Below are positions 13,660 to 26,253 of a stretch of DNA of 64,000 nt, one piece after another. The stretch spans positions 50,468,001 through 50,532,000 of the forward strand of contig OX597829.1 of the NCBI GenBank assembly GCA_951406725.2, read 5' to 3'. How positions within the stretch are numbered: the first letter of the stretch is position 1; each line of letters starts with the position of its first letter. Under the pieces are notes generated by a model. The model was given only the letters and a program-made list of their open reading frames with translations. It searched no databases and was not told the origin of the DNA. The position numbers were made by a program, and so were the translations under genes. This DNA is from Octopus vulgaris (Eukaryota).

Positions 13660-13845
13660 TAACAATAATAATAATGATAACAATAACATTGAAAAATAGC
13701 TTAGGAATGAGAACCCAGGTTCGAAATTTCCCCAAGACACCTGATGACGGCTGGAAAGTATATCAGCTGAAACATTATGTTAACAACAAACAAGATGAGG
13801 ACAAATATCCATCAATTGTAAATAATGTAAATAATGTACAGAATT
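13097..13845. mobile_element. Head-to-head dimer of a tRNA-headed element with (AAT)n spacer and hammerhead-like tail; family C SINE inserted at 13263-13455
   Basis: Inverted arms 13097-13255 / 13684-13845; tRNA-like head on - strand at 13520-13593; CTGATGA-stem-GAAA at 13741-13772. Confidence 0.7.
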
Positions 13846-14280
13846 ATTATGTTGGAGTTCTTCCAACTCCTCTTGCATACATTTCCTAGTCTGTAACTCC
13901 TTAGCAGTTGCGGTGAAATAAATTCCAAAGGCACAAATTCATTGTTATCAAGATTTAAGAAATATTCATTTTGTTACTCGTCCATATTCTTTGAATATTT
14001 CAGCCTTGTATTGTGGATTTTCAGCTAGAAATGTGGCCAATATATCAGACTGAATATTTCCTCTCTGCTGTCATAGCTTTATTGGTAAATGCTCAGAGCT
14101 AAAGCATAAACTGACAAACTGTTGCATCTCATCTTTGGAAATTTTGGTTTAGCCTTTATAGAGCGTCAGATATATCAATTTATAATAAAAGAACTGAGGT
14201 TAACAAAGCGGAAATGAGCTTTCAAGGAAATGATAAAATTTTCATGTTTGTTAGAATTTTGAAAAAAATCCAGCATTTCT

Positions 14281-15264
14281 TCTCTTTAGCATTTAAACCA
14301 GGTATGTCCAGCTTAAATACCCTACCTGTCTTGTGTTCAAACAGGCCAGATCTAGCACCACATACCAACTCTGTTATGTCATTCTAAAAAATATACAAAA
14401 TATACCCCATTCGAATCACAAAACATAAAAACACCCATTACATTCTTGGAGTGATTGGCATTAGGAAGGGCGGGCATCCAGCCATAGAAACCATACCAAA
14501 TCAGACTGGAGTCTGATGCAGTTCCCCAGTTTGCCAGCCCTGGTCAAACCCTCCAACCCATGCCAGCATGGACAACGGATAATGCCCGAGTAATTCAAAT
14601 CAATGTCAATAAATATTACATTTGACAGGAGTGGCTGTGTTGTAAGTAGCTTGCTTACAAACCACATGGTTCCGGGTTCAGTCCCACTGAGTGGCACCCT
14701 GGGCAAGTGTCTTCTACTATAGCCTCGGGCCGACCAAAGCCTTCTGAGTGGATTTGGTAGAGGGAAACTGAAAGAAGCCCATCGTATATATGTATATATG
14801 TGTGTGTGTGTGTGTTTGTGTGTCTTTGTTTGTACCCCCAACATCGCTTGACAGCCGATGGTGTGTGTGTTTACGTCCCTGTAACTTAGCAGTTTGGCAA
14901 AAGAGACTGATAGAATAAGTACTAGGCTTACAAAGAATAAGTCCTGGGGTCGATTTGCTCGACTAAAGGCGGTGCTCCAGCATGGCTGCAGTCAAATGAC
15001 TGAAACTAGTGAAAGAGAGTATTTGACAGAATAGTCTGAATGCTAAAGAGTTGACTTTTTAACATTTAAACCAGCCATGTCCAGCCCAGATATTCTACCT
15101 GTTGAATGTTAAAAACCAGCCAGATCCAGCCTCTCACACCTACCCTACAATATACAATCACTTCATCAAGATCTCATAGTTAAAAGATAATGTATAATTA
15201 ATTGAAAACAATGAGAATAAACAAGAATTACATTTGACAGAACATTTGAATGCTAAAGCGTTAA
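14281..15264 (+). mobile_element. Two tandem piggyBac-like MITEs (first interrupted by SINE pieces); same family at 24470-25547
   Basis: Termini of type CTTTAGCATT...AATGCTAAAG(G/A)G next to TTAA-like sites; shared CTCTCACACCTACCCTACAATGTC body. Confidence 0.6.
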
Positions 15265-16971
15265 ATTATGGCCAAAATAAAAGCAATGAATTGGCAGAAT
15301 TATTAGAGTCTTCATGTTCTGAGATCAAATGCCACAGTGTTTGATTTTGTCTTTCATATTTTTGAGACCAATAATGTTAAGTACCAATCCAGATTAGTAG
15401 ACTGGCAAAGTTATTAGCACCCAACAATGTTCTTGCAGTATTTGTTTCAAGGTCTGTACATTTCACTTTCAGTTGCTTCTGAAATTAATATTTCTTGTCA
15501 TTCTTCTGGGGTCTGTCGGTAAAGGGTAAAGGGTAAGGACCCCCTTCACTCATGACTGACCGTGGGATTGCACCTAGAATGTTCCCCTCCGAGGCACAAG
15601 TCCAGGTATGATTGTTTATGGAAGACCAGCAGTCACCCATGCATACCAGCCTCCCTTCTCCACGCCACTGATGTTATCCAAGAGAAAGGCAAAAGGTGAT
15701 ACAGCTTTGCACCTGTGACGTCGCAACTCATTTCTACAGATGAGTGAACTGGAGCAACGTGAAATAAAGTGTCTTGCTCAAGAACACAACACACAGTCCA
15801 GTCTGGGAATCAAACTCACTACCTCAGGTTTGTGAGCTTGATGCTCTAACCACTGTGCTATGTGCCTGAAATCAATATCTCCTGTCATTCTTCTGAGGTC
15901 AGTCAGTAAAAGGTAAAGGCTAAAGACCTCATTCAGTCATGACTGACCATGGGATTGCACCTAGAATGTTACCCTCCAAAGCACAAGTCCAGGCAAGGTT
16001 GTTTATGGAAGACCAGCAATCACCTATGCATACCAGCCTCCCCTCTCCACACTACCAATGTTATCCAAGGGAGACGCAGACCAGTACAGCTTGGCACCAG
16101 TGATGTCACAATTCATTTCTACAGAAATTCATTTCTACAAGAGCACAACACAGCCTGGTCTAGGAATTGAACTCACTACCTAATGATTATGAGCCTGATG
16201 CTCTAACCACTGAGCCATGTACCTGAAATTAACATTTCCTGTCATTCTTCTGGGGTCAGCCAGTAAAATGCCAGAAACGGTAGATTTTTGCTATATATGT
16301 TCCACCGCTTTATGTTCTCAGTTCACTTGTCATGGCACAGGAGCTGAGCTGCATTGGCCTTTGGATGTCATTGGTGGCACAGCGAAGGGAAATTTGCTGC
16401 ATGGGTTACTGCTGGGCTTCTTTGAGGGAAATGAAATCTTGCTGAAGCCTATATCATGGAGAGGAACTTCCCTGGTGCAGACACTCGGGAAGTTCCAGAC
16501 TGAAGATGATATAAACAGGTAACAGAATCAATCCTTATTGAGTACAGTGAATCATAATCACCACCACCACCCTCATCGCCAACATCATCACTACCACCAT
16601 CATCATCATCATCATCATCATCATCACCGCCGCCACCACCACCACCATCATCATCACCATCATCACCATCATCTTTATCATCATCATCATTTAACGTCCG
16701 TTGTCCTTGCCGGCATGGGTTGGATGATTTGACCAGGCCTAGCAAGCTGGAAGGCTGCACCAAACTCCAGTCTGATTTGGCCTGGTTTCCTACGGCTGGA
16801 TACCCTTCCTAATGCCAGTTATTCCAGAAGTGCAATGGGAGCTTTTACGTGCCACCAGCATGGGTGTCATTTGCATGACACCAGTATCTGTCATGACTGT
16901 GATTTTGCTCAGTTTGATGAGGTCATCTTCTCAAGTACAACACAATGCCAAAGGCTTCAGTCATTGTGACA

Positions 16972-17365
16972 TCTTTATATATAAAAGTGATGTTGTGTGC
17001 TGTCTGTCTCCTACGATTTAGATTCCTTACTCCCACATTTTGCGGTGCAGTTTAACCAAAAGCGGGTATCTTATAGTTGTGATTCATATCGAGCCCTTCT
17101 GGGTATTAGCGCGCGTCTACGATGAGTCTACGATTTAAAAAAAAATTTACCATCAATTTTTCCCATTTTTAATGCATTTTTGGCATATATAAGGGAAGCA
17201 ACTCTCTAAAAATTTATTATTAAATCTCAGAACGTAAAAAGCTACAGTAACACCCCACCCTTTGTGGTTTACTATATTGAGATGGCTATTATACTTTACA
17301 TCTCTAAAAAGGCTTATATAGTTATTTCCCTTACAAACCCGAGCAACGCCGGGCGATACTGCTAA
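16972..17365 (+). mobile_element. Non-autonomous Helitron, copy 1
   Basis: A|TC start, subterminal hairpin CCCGAGCAACGCCGGG, CTAA|T end. Confidence 0.8.
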
Positions 17366-17941
17366 TATATATATATATCATCATCATTTCAATGTCTGTT
17401 TTCCATGGGTTGAATTACTTGACAGGAGCTGGTAAGGCCAGTGGCCACACCAGGACCCATAGTCACTTTTGGCTTGGTTTCTACAACTGGATGTCCTTCC
17501 TAATGCCAATCACTTTACAGAGTGTACCAGGTGCTTTTTATATGGTACCAAATCCAGTGCTTTTTACGTGGCACCTTGGTTTTCCGATATCACTACTGTT
17601 GTGCTGGGTGAGTCTTCTTGAGTACAGCAATGGTCCCCATATTTCAGTCCTCTGTCGTCTCCATTGTAAGGCTCAACATTTTGAGATCAACCTTCAGTAT
17701 TCTGTCTTGTGTCTATCTGGGTCTCCCTTTTTGACAACTTCCCTCCACTTATTTAAATACTTGAGAGTAATATTAAGAATCTGAGAAAAAAAAAGGAAGG
17801 TGCTTTTTTTTTTATCATTTTTGCCTATATTTCTTTCCAAATATTCTATTTTAAAGCAGAAATTTTATTATGCCTGTTTGTTCCATTTTTGTTTCTTTCA
17901 TTTTTATTCTTTCTTCCTGCTGAAGCACAGTCTTGGATTTA

Positions 17942-18341
17942 TCTTTATATATAAAAGTGAGGTTGTGTGCTGTCTGTCTCCTACGATTTAGATTCCTAAC
18001 TACTCCCACATTTTGCGGTGCAGTTTAACCAAAACCGGGTATCTTATAGTCGTGATTCATATCGAGCCCTTCTGGGTATTAGTGTGCGTCTACGATGAGT
18101 CCACAATTTAAAAAAAAATTTACCATAATTTTTTTCCATTTTAATGCATTTTTTCGCTATTATATAAGGGAAGTAACTCTCTAAAAATGTCTACGATGAG
18201 TCAACGATTTAAAAAAAAATTTACCATCATTTTTTTTTCCATTTTTAATGCATTTTATTGCTATTTTTTGGCTATAACTCTCTAAATGCTTATATAGTTA
18301 TTTCCCTTACAAACCCGAGCAACGCCGGGCGATACTGCTAG
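17942..18341 (+). mobile_element. Non-autonomous Helitron, copy 2
   Basis: A|TC start, same hairpin, canonical CTAG|T end, internal tandem duplication. Confidence 0.88.
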
Positions 18342-18358
18342 TTGTCAATAAAAACAGG

Positions 18359-18731
18359 ACTACCTCTCAATGGAAGTAATTACATTATTACTTTCAGTCG
18401 TGTTTGTTTGTTTGTCCTTGGACAAGATATCTCAAGAACCACTGGGTGGATTCGGATGAAACTTTTTTCAAGGATGTTTGGCCTCATGACTGGCACAAAC
18501 TGATTAGATTTTGGAATCAATCCGGTACCAGACAAGGATTCTGGATTATTCTTCTGTTTTTGTTTTTTTTTTTACTTAATTTTTTAGTGCAGTCAAGTTT
18601 ATTTTAAGTATTCTCATTTGTGAGAGCAGTTGAGAATATTTCAGATATTCTCATTTCAAAAATTATCTCTGGTTAATCGTTGAGAGGATGTTAGTGTTGC
18701 CTTGGTAGAGGATTGCACTCTCTGAGTGCTC

Positions 18732-18733
<2 letters not shown>
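18359..18733. mobile_element. Probable Helentron/DINE-like non-autonomous element; opposite-orientation copy at 50485-50832
   Basis: TACCTC..GGAAGTAAT hairpin end, GTTT repeats, CCTTGGTAGAGG..GCACTCTCTGAGTGC end; homologous to the reverse complement of 50485-50832. Confidence 0.5.
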
Positions 18734-18774
<41 letters not shown>

Positions 18775-18784
18775 CATTATTATT

Positions 18785-18822
<38 letters not shown>

Positions 18823-19363
18823 TATGTGAGAAGTAATAAAATTTATCAACAAGTATGAATATATTTTACGTAAAATATTCAACACAGTTACGAACAGCCA
18901 ACACCAATGCAGTCCTTACAGCTGATCCTTGTGGACAACTTTACAGCCTGACACGTTAAACTAACTGATACACACACACACAGTCACTTGCTAGGTTTTT
19001 TTCTATTCCAAGTTAGCAGGTATTGATTTTTTTTTCAGCCAGTTGACACATTGATTTGAGTTAAAATAGGGCAGCATTGAATAAGTTATACGTGCAACTT
19101 TGTAACATGAAAGACGAAGATAGAAGACTTTGCCTATTTAGTTTTGTTTATGCGTTGTGTATATTATTATTATTATTATTGTTGTTCTTGTTGTTGTTAT
19201 TAAGGCGTCGAGCTGGCAGAACCGTTAGCACACCGGGCAAAATGCTTAGCGGTATATTTCGTTTGTTACTATGTTCTGAGTTCAAATTCCGTCGAGGTCG
19301 ACTTTGCCTTTCATCCTTTCAGGGTCGATAAATTAAGTACCAGTGCATAACTGATACTTATTT

Positions 19364-21187
19364 AATGCTTGCTATGTTATTAAAGACAGAACGAACACAC
19401 ACACAAACAAAATTTAATGAATTTTCATTTACATTATCTGCATGCACCGAATGGGTTTACTGCTGAGTGCTGCAAGAAAGGAATGAGAATTGGTGTTGCG
19501 AATTCTAAGACATTGGTCCTTCTACAAAAAGTTTTCCCAGGGAAGTGTGTATGTCAGTGGAACATCACTGATACAAGTGGAGAAGTTTATGTGACATGGT
19601 GTTGCATTCATGGCGGCGAACTAGCAGAAACGTTAGCACGCCGGGCGAAATGCTTAGCGGTATTTCGTCTGTTGTTACATTCTGAGTTCAAATTCCGCCG
19701 AGGTCGACTTTGCCTTTCATCCTTTCGGGGTCGATAAATAAAGTACCAGTTTCACACTGGGGTCGATGTAATCGACTTAATCCCTTTGTCTGTCCTTGTT
19801 TGTCCCCTCTATGTTTAGCCCCTTGTGGGCAGTAAAGAAATATATGGTGCCGCATTCACAAATGAGGAGAAGGCAGGAGGCTGAATTGGATGCTGGAATT
19901 GCAGGTGATGACACTGGAATAGGCCAGATACTATAATCAATATTCAGAAGAGGAGAAATTGGTGAAAAAAAAAAAATCCAAATTTGATACCCTCAATTTG
20001 GTTTCTATGCTTATCTTCATCTATGGTCATGAATGATGGGTAATCGATCCCGAAAGGATGAAAGACAAAGTTGATTTTGGCAGAATTTGAACTCAGAATG
20101 AAATACCGGCAGACGAAATACCAATAAGCATTTCTCCCGGCATTCTAACGTTTCTGCCAGCTTGCCACCTTAAATATTGAGTCATAAAAGGTAAGAGATA
20201 GACCTCTAAAACTTGAAAGAAAGAAGGCGAGTGAGAGTAATAATTAGCAGCTATCCATTCTCTCAATCAACTCCTAGGTCTCCTGCTCGTTAAAAAAAAT
20301 CCATCTTGTAACTCTTTTTTGTGACATTCTAATCACACATGTCCGTAATACTGGAGCTGTGACCTCTCACTGCAGAGCAGTAATGGGTCAAACTGGAGAA
20401 ATTCCTTGACCTCCAAGCTATATATCATGTAGAGAAACATAACTCTGGAGATCCTTTGGAAGAATGCTGTCTCAGCTACTTATATTTGTGATCATATTCT
20501 TTCAGTCATTACCCATCATTCATGACCCTAGATGAGGATAAACATGGAAACCAAATTGAGGGTATCAAATTTGGATTTTTTTTTCACCAATTCCTCCTCT
20601 TCTGAATATTGATTATAGTATCTGGCCTATTCCAGTGTCATCACCTGCAAATTCCAGCATCTGATTCGGCCTCCTGCCTTCCCCTCATTTGTGAATGCAA
20701 CACCATATATTTCTTTACTGCCCACAAGGGGCTAAACACAGAGAGGACAAACAAGGACAGACAAAGAGATTAAGTCGATTACATCGATCCCAGTGTGAAA
20801 CTGGTACTTTATTTATCGACCCCGAAAGGATGAAAGGCATAGTCGACCTTGGCGGAATTTGAACTCAGAACGTAACGACAGACGAAATACCACTAAGCAT
20901 TTCGCCCGGCGCGCTAACGTTTCTGCCAGCTCGCCGCCATGAATGCAACACCATGTCACATAAACTTCTCCACTTGTATCAGTGATGTTCCACTGACATA
21001 CACACTTCCCTGGGGAAAACTTTTTTTAGAAGGACCAATGTCTTAGAATTCGCAACACTAATTCTCATTCCTTTCTTGCAGCACTCAGCAGTAAACCCAT
21101 TCGGTGCATGCAGATAATGAATGAAAATTCATTAGATTTTGTTTGTGTGTGTTCGTTCATTCTGTCTTTAATAACATAGCAAGCATT
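19364..21187. repeat. Long inverted repeat IR1: arms 19364-20044 and 20508-21187
   Basis: About 680-bp arms that are reverse complements, roughly 90-95% identical by eye, each carrying the same SINE insertion. Confidence 0.95.
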
Positions 21188-21312
21188 CTTGTTAAAAACG
21201 AAGGGATTTTCTGGCGTCCATGTTTATAATAATTATAAATATTCTTTACATTTTGTTTGGTCTAATTCATGGTAAAAATGAAATTCTCATCTTGTGTGAA
21301 TTTCCGCTGCAG

Positions 21313-21453
21313 GCAAATGAAATAAAACGCCAACATGGAGCTGTTACCATTCTTGTGAACAATGCTGGATTATTGGCCCCGGGGAATTTTCTGGAAGTTG
21401 AAGACGAGAAAATTGAGCAGGTTTTCAAAGTTAACATATTGGCTCATTTTAGG
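21313..21453 (+). CDS. DHRS3: DHRS3-like SDR exon (phase 0/0)
   Basis: Acceptor tttccgctgcag, donor GTAAGT; 141 nt = ANEIKRQHGAVTILVNNAGLLAPGNFLEVEDEKIEQVFKVNILAHFR with SDR NNAG motif and helix-4 Asn. Confidence 0.95.
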
Positions 21454-22447
21454 GTAAGTTTTGTTTTTATACTTTGACTATTTTCTATCAGTGGACAGTG
21501 ACCTTGCTAGGTACCATCCTATAGTGACATAGCTAGAGTACCATTCTGACATATTTTATTTTACTTTTATTAGTCTAAAAGACAATTTCTTTTGAATAGA
21601 AGAACAAGGTTGCTATCAAATTATTTAATACAACTGCATGTTGCTGATGTCATAAGAATCATGAGGTAGTGAGTCCAGTTCCCAGACGAGGCTGCATGTT
21701 GTGTTCTTGAGCAAGACACTTTATTTCACATTGCTCCAGTCCACTCAGCTGTAGAAATGAGTTGCAACATTATTGGTGCAAAGCTGTATCGGCCCCTTTG
21801 CCTTTCCTTTGGATAACATCAGTGGCATGGAAAGGAGAGGCTGATTTACGTGCGTGCAACTGCTGGTCTTCCATGAAAAACCTTGCCCAGACTTGTGCCT
21901 CAGAGGGGAACTTTCTAGGTGCAATTTCTTTCTTCTCACAGTACATTATTCAGTCTTGGTCAAAATATGAATTTCAAGTCAAGTTGGTTTATCTGAAGTG
22001 GCTGGAAACTTTTTCACAGCCATTTTTGTGGTCATTTTGCATCGTCCCTTCTCATTCAGAACCCCTTCTACAAAATATAATGATTCGGTATAGAAATGAC
22101 TCCAACAGGGCCAATGTTTCATCAGCAAAAAAACACAATGCGAAACATCCATTTATAAGTCAGCAATTAGTAGAAATTTATAATAGTTTCAAGTGGCCGA
22201 AGACTTTTGCATGGAACTGTATTTGCATTCAATAAAAAAGTAAATTGATCTCCCATCAGCATCAATGTCATATGTTCCAATTGTTCAATCAGAAAAAAAA
22301 CTTCTTACTCGTTGAATTAGCATGGAGTATTCCACAGACATGGGTACTCTTAAGGTAATCCATGAGTGGAATATTTGGGACATCACTGTCATCATCATCA
22401 TCATCGTTGATGATGTCCGCTTTCCATGCTAGCATGGTTGGACGATT

Positions 22448-22725
22448 TGTGGTGTGTGCGAGAGATTCGAAATAAAGGCACCTACCTTCTCTTCACTCAG
22501 ATGGAGACCCTTCAGCGGTAATGGATCCTTCAACACAGCCCGACCCGAATGCTAGAGATAGCAGCTGCTTCACCCAACCTTAACAACGTGATCACCCGTC
22601 TTAACCCCTCGACGACCTGACTCGAAAAAGGCAGAATGCCCCGCTCACTGCGCACGCATCACGGCTTCCCCTTCCGGTCAGCCCCAAGTTCCGGTCAGCT
22701 CCCCAGCTGCTGACGTCATCCCACA
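22448..22725. mobile_element. Solo LTR (278 bp) inserted in a family C SINE
   Basis: TGTGG...CCACA termini, 5-bp target duplication CGATT (22443-22447, 22726-22730), GC-rich, splits the SINE consensus cleanly. Confidence 0.85.
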
Positions 22726-25129
22726 CGATTTGACTGAGGTCTAGCAAACCAGATGGCTGCACCAAAATCCAATCTTGATCTGGCAGAGTTTCTACAGCTG
22801 GATGCCCTTCCTAATGCCAACCACTCCAAGAGTGTAGTGGATGCTTTTACATGCCACCGGCACAAGGGCCAGTCAGGTGGTACTGGCAATGGCCACTCTC
22901 AAATGGTATTTTTTATGTGCCACCTGCACAGGAGCCAGTCCAGCGGCACTGGCAATGGCCTCACTCAAATGTTTTTTCACATGTCACCGGCACAAGTGCC
23001 AGCAAGGCAACGCTGGTAATGATCACGCTCGAATGTTGCTTTTTTACGTGCTACCAGCACGGAAGCCAGTCAGCTGCTCTGGCAACGATCATGCTCGGAT
23101 GGTGCTCTATAGGAAACATATATTCTCCCCTATATGGAACATTGCATTTTTACTCATTTACCTCTGAAAGGACTGAAGTGGCTTGAAATGAAGTGTTTTG
23201 CTCAAGAACACAACACACTGCTGGTGTGGGAATTGATAACATGATATTACAACCACGAGTGCCGAACTCTAACCACTAAGCCATATGCTTTCACCAATGT
23301 GAAGTGTGACTTAGCATGGCTTTTTGAAGAATAAGTAAAAATCATCGGACAACTCCCACTGTTTCCATTTACTGAATTTTTCTTTCAAGACTTAATTTGA
23401 CCTGGGGTCTATGATAAAAGGTACTTGCCATAGTTATCACACTGTGGAATTGAACCCAAAATCTCATGATCGTAAAATGAAGTTCTTACCTACTTGGCTT
23501 TGCCTGTGCTTTGTCTATGTTTACACACACAAGCACATGTGCATACATCAGGCATACATACGTCAGGCATACATACAAACACACAATCACACACATATGT
23601 CTAATACATACATTAAGTGTACAGGCCCTCACATGCATCAAACATCCACACATGTATCAGACACATATGCACACATGTCTAACTCATGCTTTAAACACAT
23701 GCATACACACACATGAAACACAAATGCAAACATCCAGCATGCACACACAAACATCCAACATGATCGGCGAGCTGGGAGAAACATTAGCACACCGGGTAAA
23801 ATGCTTAGTGGTATTTCATCTGCCGTTAAGTTCTGTGTTCAAATTCCGCCAAGGTCGACTTTGCTTTTCATCTTTTCGGGAGTCGATAAATTAAGTACCA
23901 GTTACGCACTGGGGTCAATGTAATTGACTTAATCGCTTTGTCTGTCCTTGTTTGTCCCCTCTATGTTTAGCCCCTTGTGGGCAATAAAGAAATAACAAAT
24001 ATCCAACATGCAGATACAAACATCCAACATGCACACGCAAACATGCAACACACACATGCACTTACATTTAACAAAGATGCATACATATATCAAACATGCA
24101 CAGACAAACACACACGCCCATCAAATATACATACACACACATCAAACACTCACACATTCATCAAACACAAACATACAAAACACAGAAAGCGCACACATAT
24201 ACACCAGAATTACCACACTCTACTACCCATACACATACCCAAGGATTGAACTCTCTTCCCTGTTGCCTTCTTTCTTTAGAACTTTTTTCTTTAGATTATC
24301 TCCCTCGGTATCTGTTCTTTGCTCTCAAAGTTTGAGACCTTCTTCATTTTTATTCAAACATTCTCGTTTTCAAATGGAACAAAAATCTGCTGGAATTTTT
24401 GGTGAGAAGCTCCCCTTCTCATCTACCCACATTTGTTCCTGTATGTTTATTTCCTTTAATCTGGCCCAAGAGTTCTACCTTGTTTTATGTTTAAACTGGA
24501 CAGACCTGGCCTCTCACACCTACCCTACAATGTCGTTCCAAAGAAAAGCAATTACACCATTGAAATCTCACAGTTACAGGATAATGCATGATTAATACAA
24601 AACAATGTGAATAAATAAATAAGCATTACATTTGACAGAATAATCTGAATGGTGAAGGGTTGACCCAATAGCATTTAACCCAGCCATGTCCAGTCCAAAT
24701 ATTCTACCTGATTTATGTTCAAACTGCTTGTATCTAGCCTCTCTACCTGTTTTAAGTTAAAACTAACCGGATTTAACCTCTCACACCTATCCTACAATGT
24801 CATTCTAAAAATAAACAATCAGATTGGTGGTGCCCCAACATGGCCACAGCCTTAGGGTTGAAACGTATAAAAGTAAGTAAAAGAAAGATAATTGAAAGCT
24901 TAAAGCTATAATGATGATGATCATCATCATCGTTTAACGTCTGCTTTCCATGCTAGCATGGGTTGGACGATTTTGACTGAGGGCTGGCGAACCAGATGGT
25001 TGCACCAGGCTCCAATCTTGATCTGGCAGAGTTTCTACAGCTGGATGCCCTTCCTAACACCAACCACTCGAGAGTGTAGTCCACTCCAAGAGTGTAATAT
25101 GAATTTTAATTCAAAACATTCTATCTATC

Positions 25130-25490
25130 TATGTCATCCCTCTGGCCGCCTCAGTGCTGTTTTCGCACATTTTCTCCACTCATAATGGTCCTCAGCTCCT
25201 GTACCCCTTCCATACCAGTATCCTCCAGCAAGTTGTCGATATAGGTCGTCTTCTACCTTCCTCTCTTGGTTCTTCCTTCCGTTGGTTGCCAGAGCACCAG
25301 CTTGTTAGAGATTTCATCAGTGTGTCTGATGCAGTGTCCAGATAACGTCATCCTTCTATGCTGTTCCTTCAATCTTACTTTTGGTAGTCCCTGGTATAAG
25401 CCGGCATTTGTTGTATGAATCTTCCAGGAGACACTGAGTGCCATTCTAAGCATCCTCGTGTAACAACCGTCCAAACAGCTTCCTCAATTC
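25130..25490 (-). mobile_element. RTE-clade LINE 3' remnant
   Basis: DGCYTRMLRMALSVSWKIHTTNAGLYQGLPKV...SGHCIRH...LVLWQP. Confidence 0.8.
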
Positions 25491-26214
25491 TTAAGTGATT
25501 TAATAGGCATTACATTTGACAGAATAATCTGAAAGCTGAAGGATTAAATTTTCCTCTGTGTCCCTCCCCACTCCTGATCCCAAATTCTTCCTTTTATCTT
25601 TCATATAACAGTCATAACCAACTCCACTAATCTAGATAACAGCAACCTTCCCCTTAAATCACATTTTACTGTCTTAAAAAAAAAAAGGAAGGACATTTTG
25701 AATAATTTAATCCAAATCCAGTATATGACAATCTTCTACGTCTTACTTGTTTTAGTCATTGGACTACGGCCATGCTGGGGCACCACCTTGAAGGGTTTAG
25801 TCAAATGATTTGACCCCAGTGCCTTTATGTTTGAGCCTGGTTCGTATTCTATCGGTTTCCTTTTTGCCAAACCATTAAGTTACAGGGATGCAAATAATGC
25901 AATACCAACTGTCAAGCAGTGGAGGATGGGGAAACACACACACACACACACACGTACACACGCATACATACGCATGCACACATACGCATGCACATGCACA
26001 CACACATACATATATTTGACAGTCTTCCATACAGTTTCCGTCTACCAAATTCATTAACAAAGTTTTGGTCAGCCTAGGGCCTTAGTGGGAGACATTTTCC
26101 CAAGGTACAATGGAGTGGGATTGAACCTGATACTCTGTGGTTGCAAAGCAAGCTTCTTAGCCACACAGCCATGCCCTGCATCTATATGAAAATAAACAAT
26201 AAAAAGTAGTAGTA

Positions 26215-26252
<38 letters not shown>

Positions 26253-26253
<1 letters not shown>

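Noticed and set aside
19364-21187. A-to-G bias between IR1 arms as a sign of an edited RNA template
   Set aside because: Differences go in both directions and many are CpG transitions; no directional bias is visible by eye.
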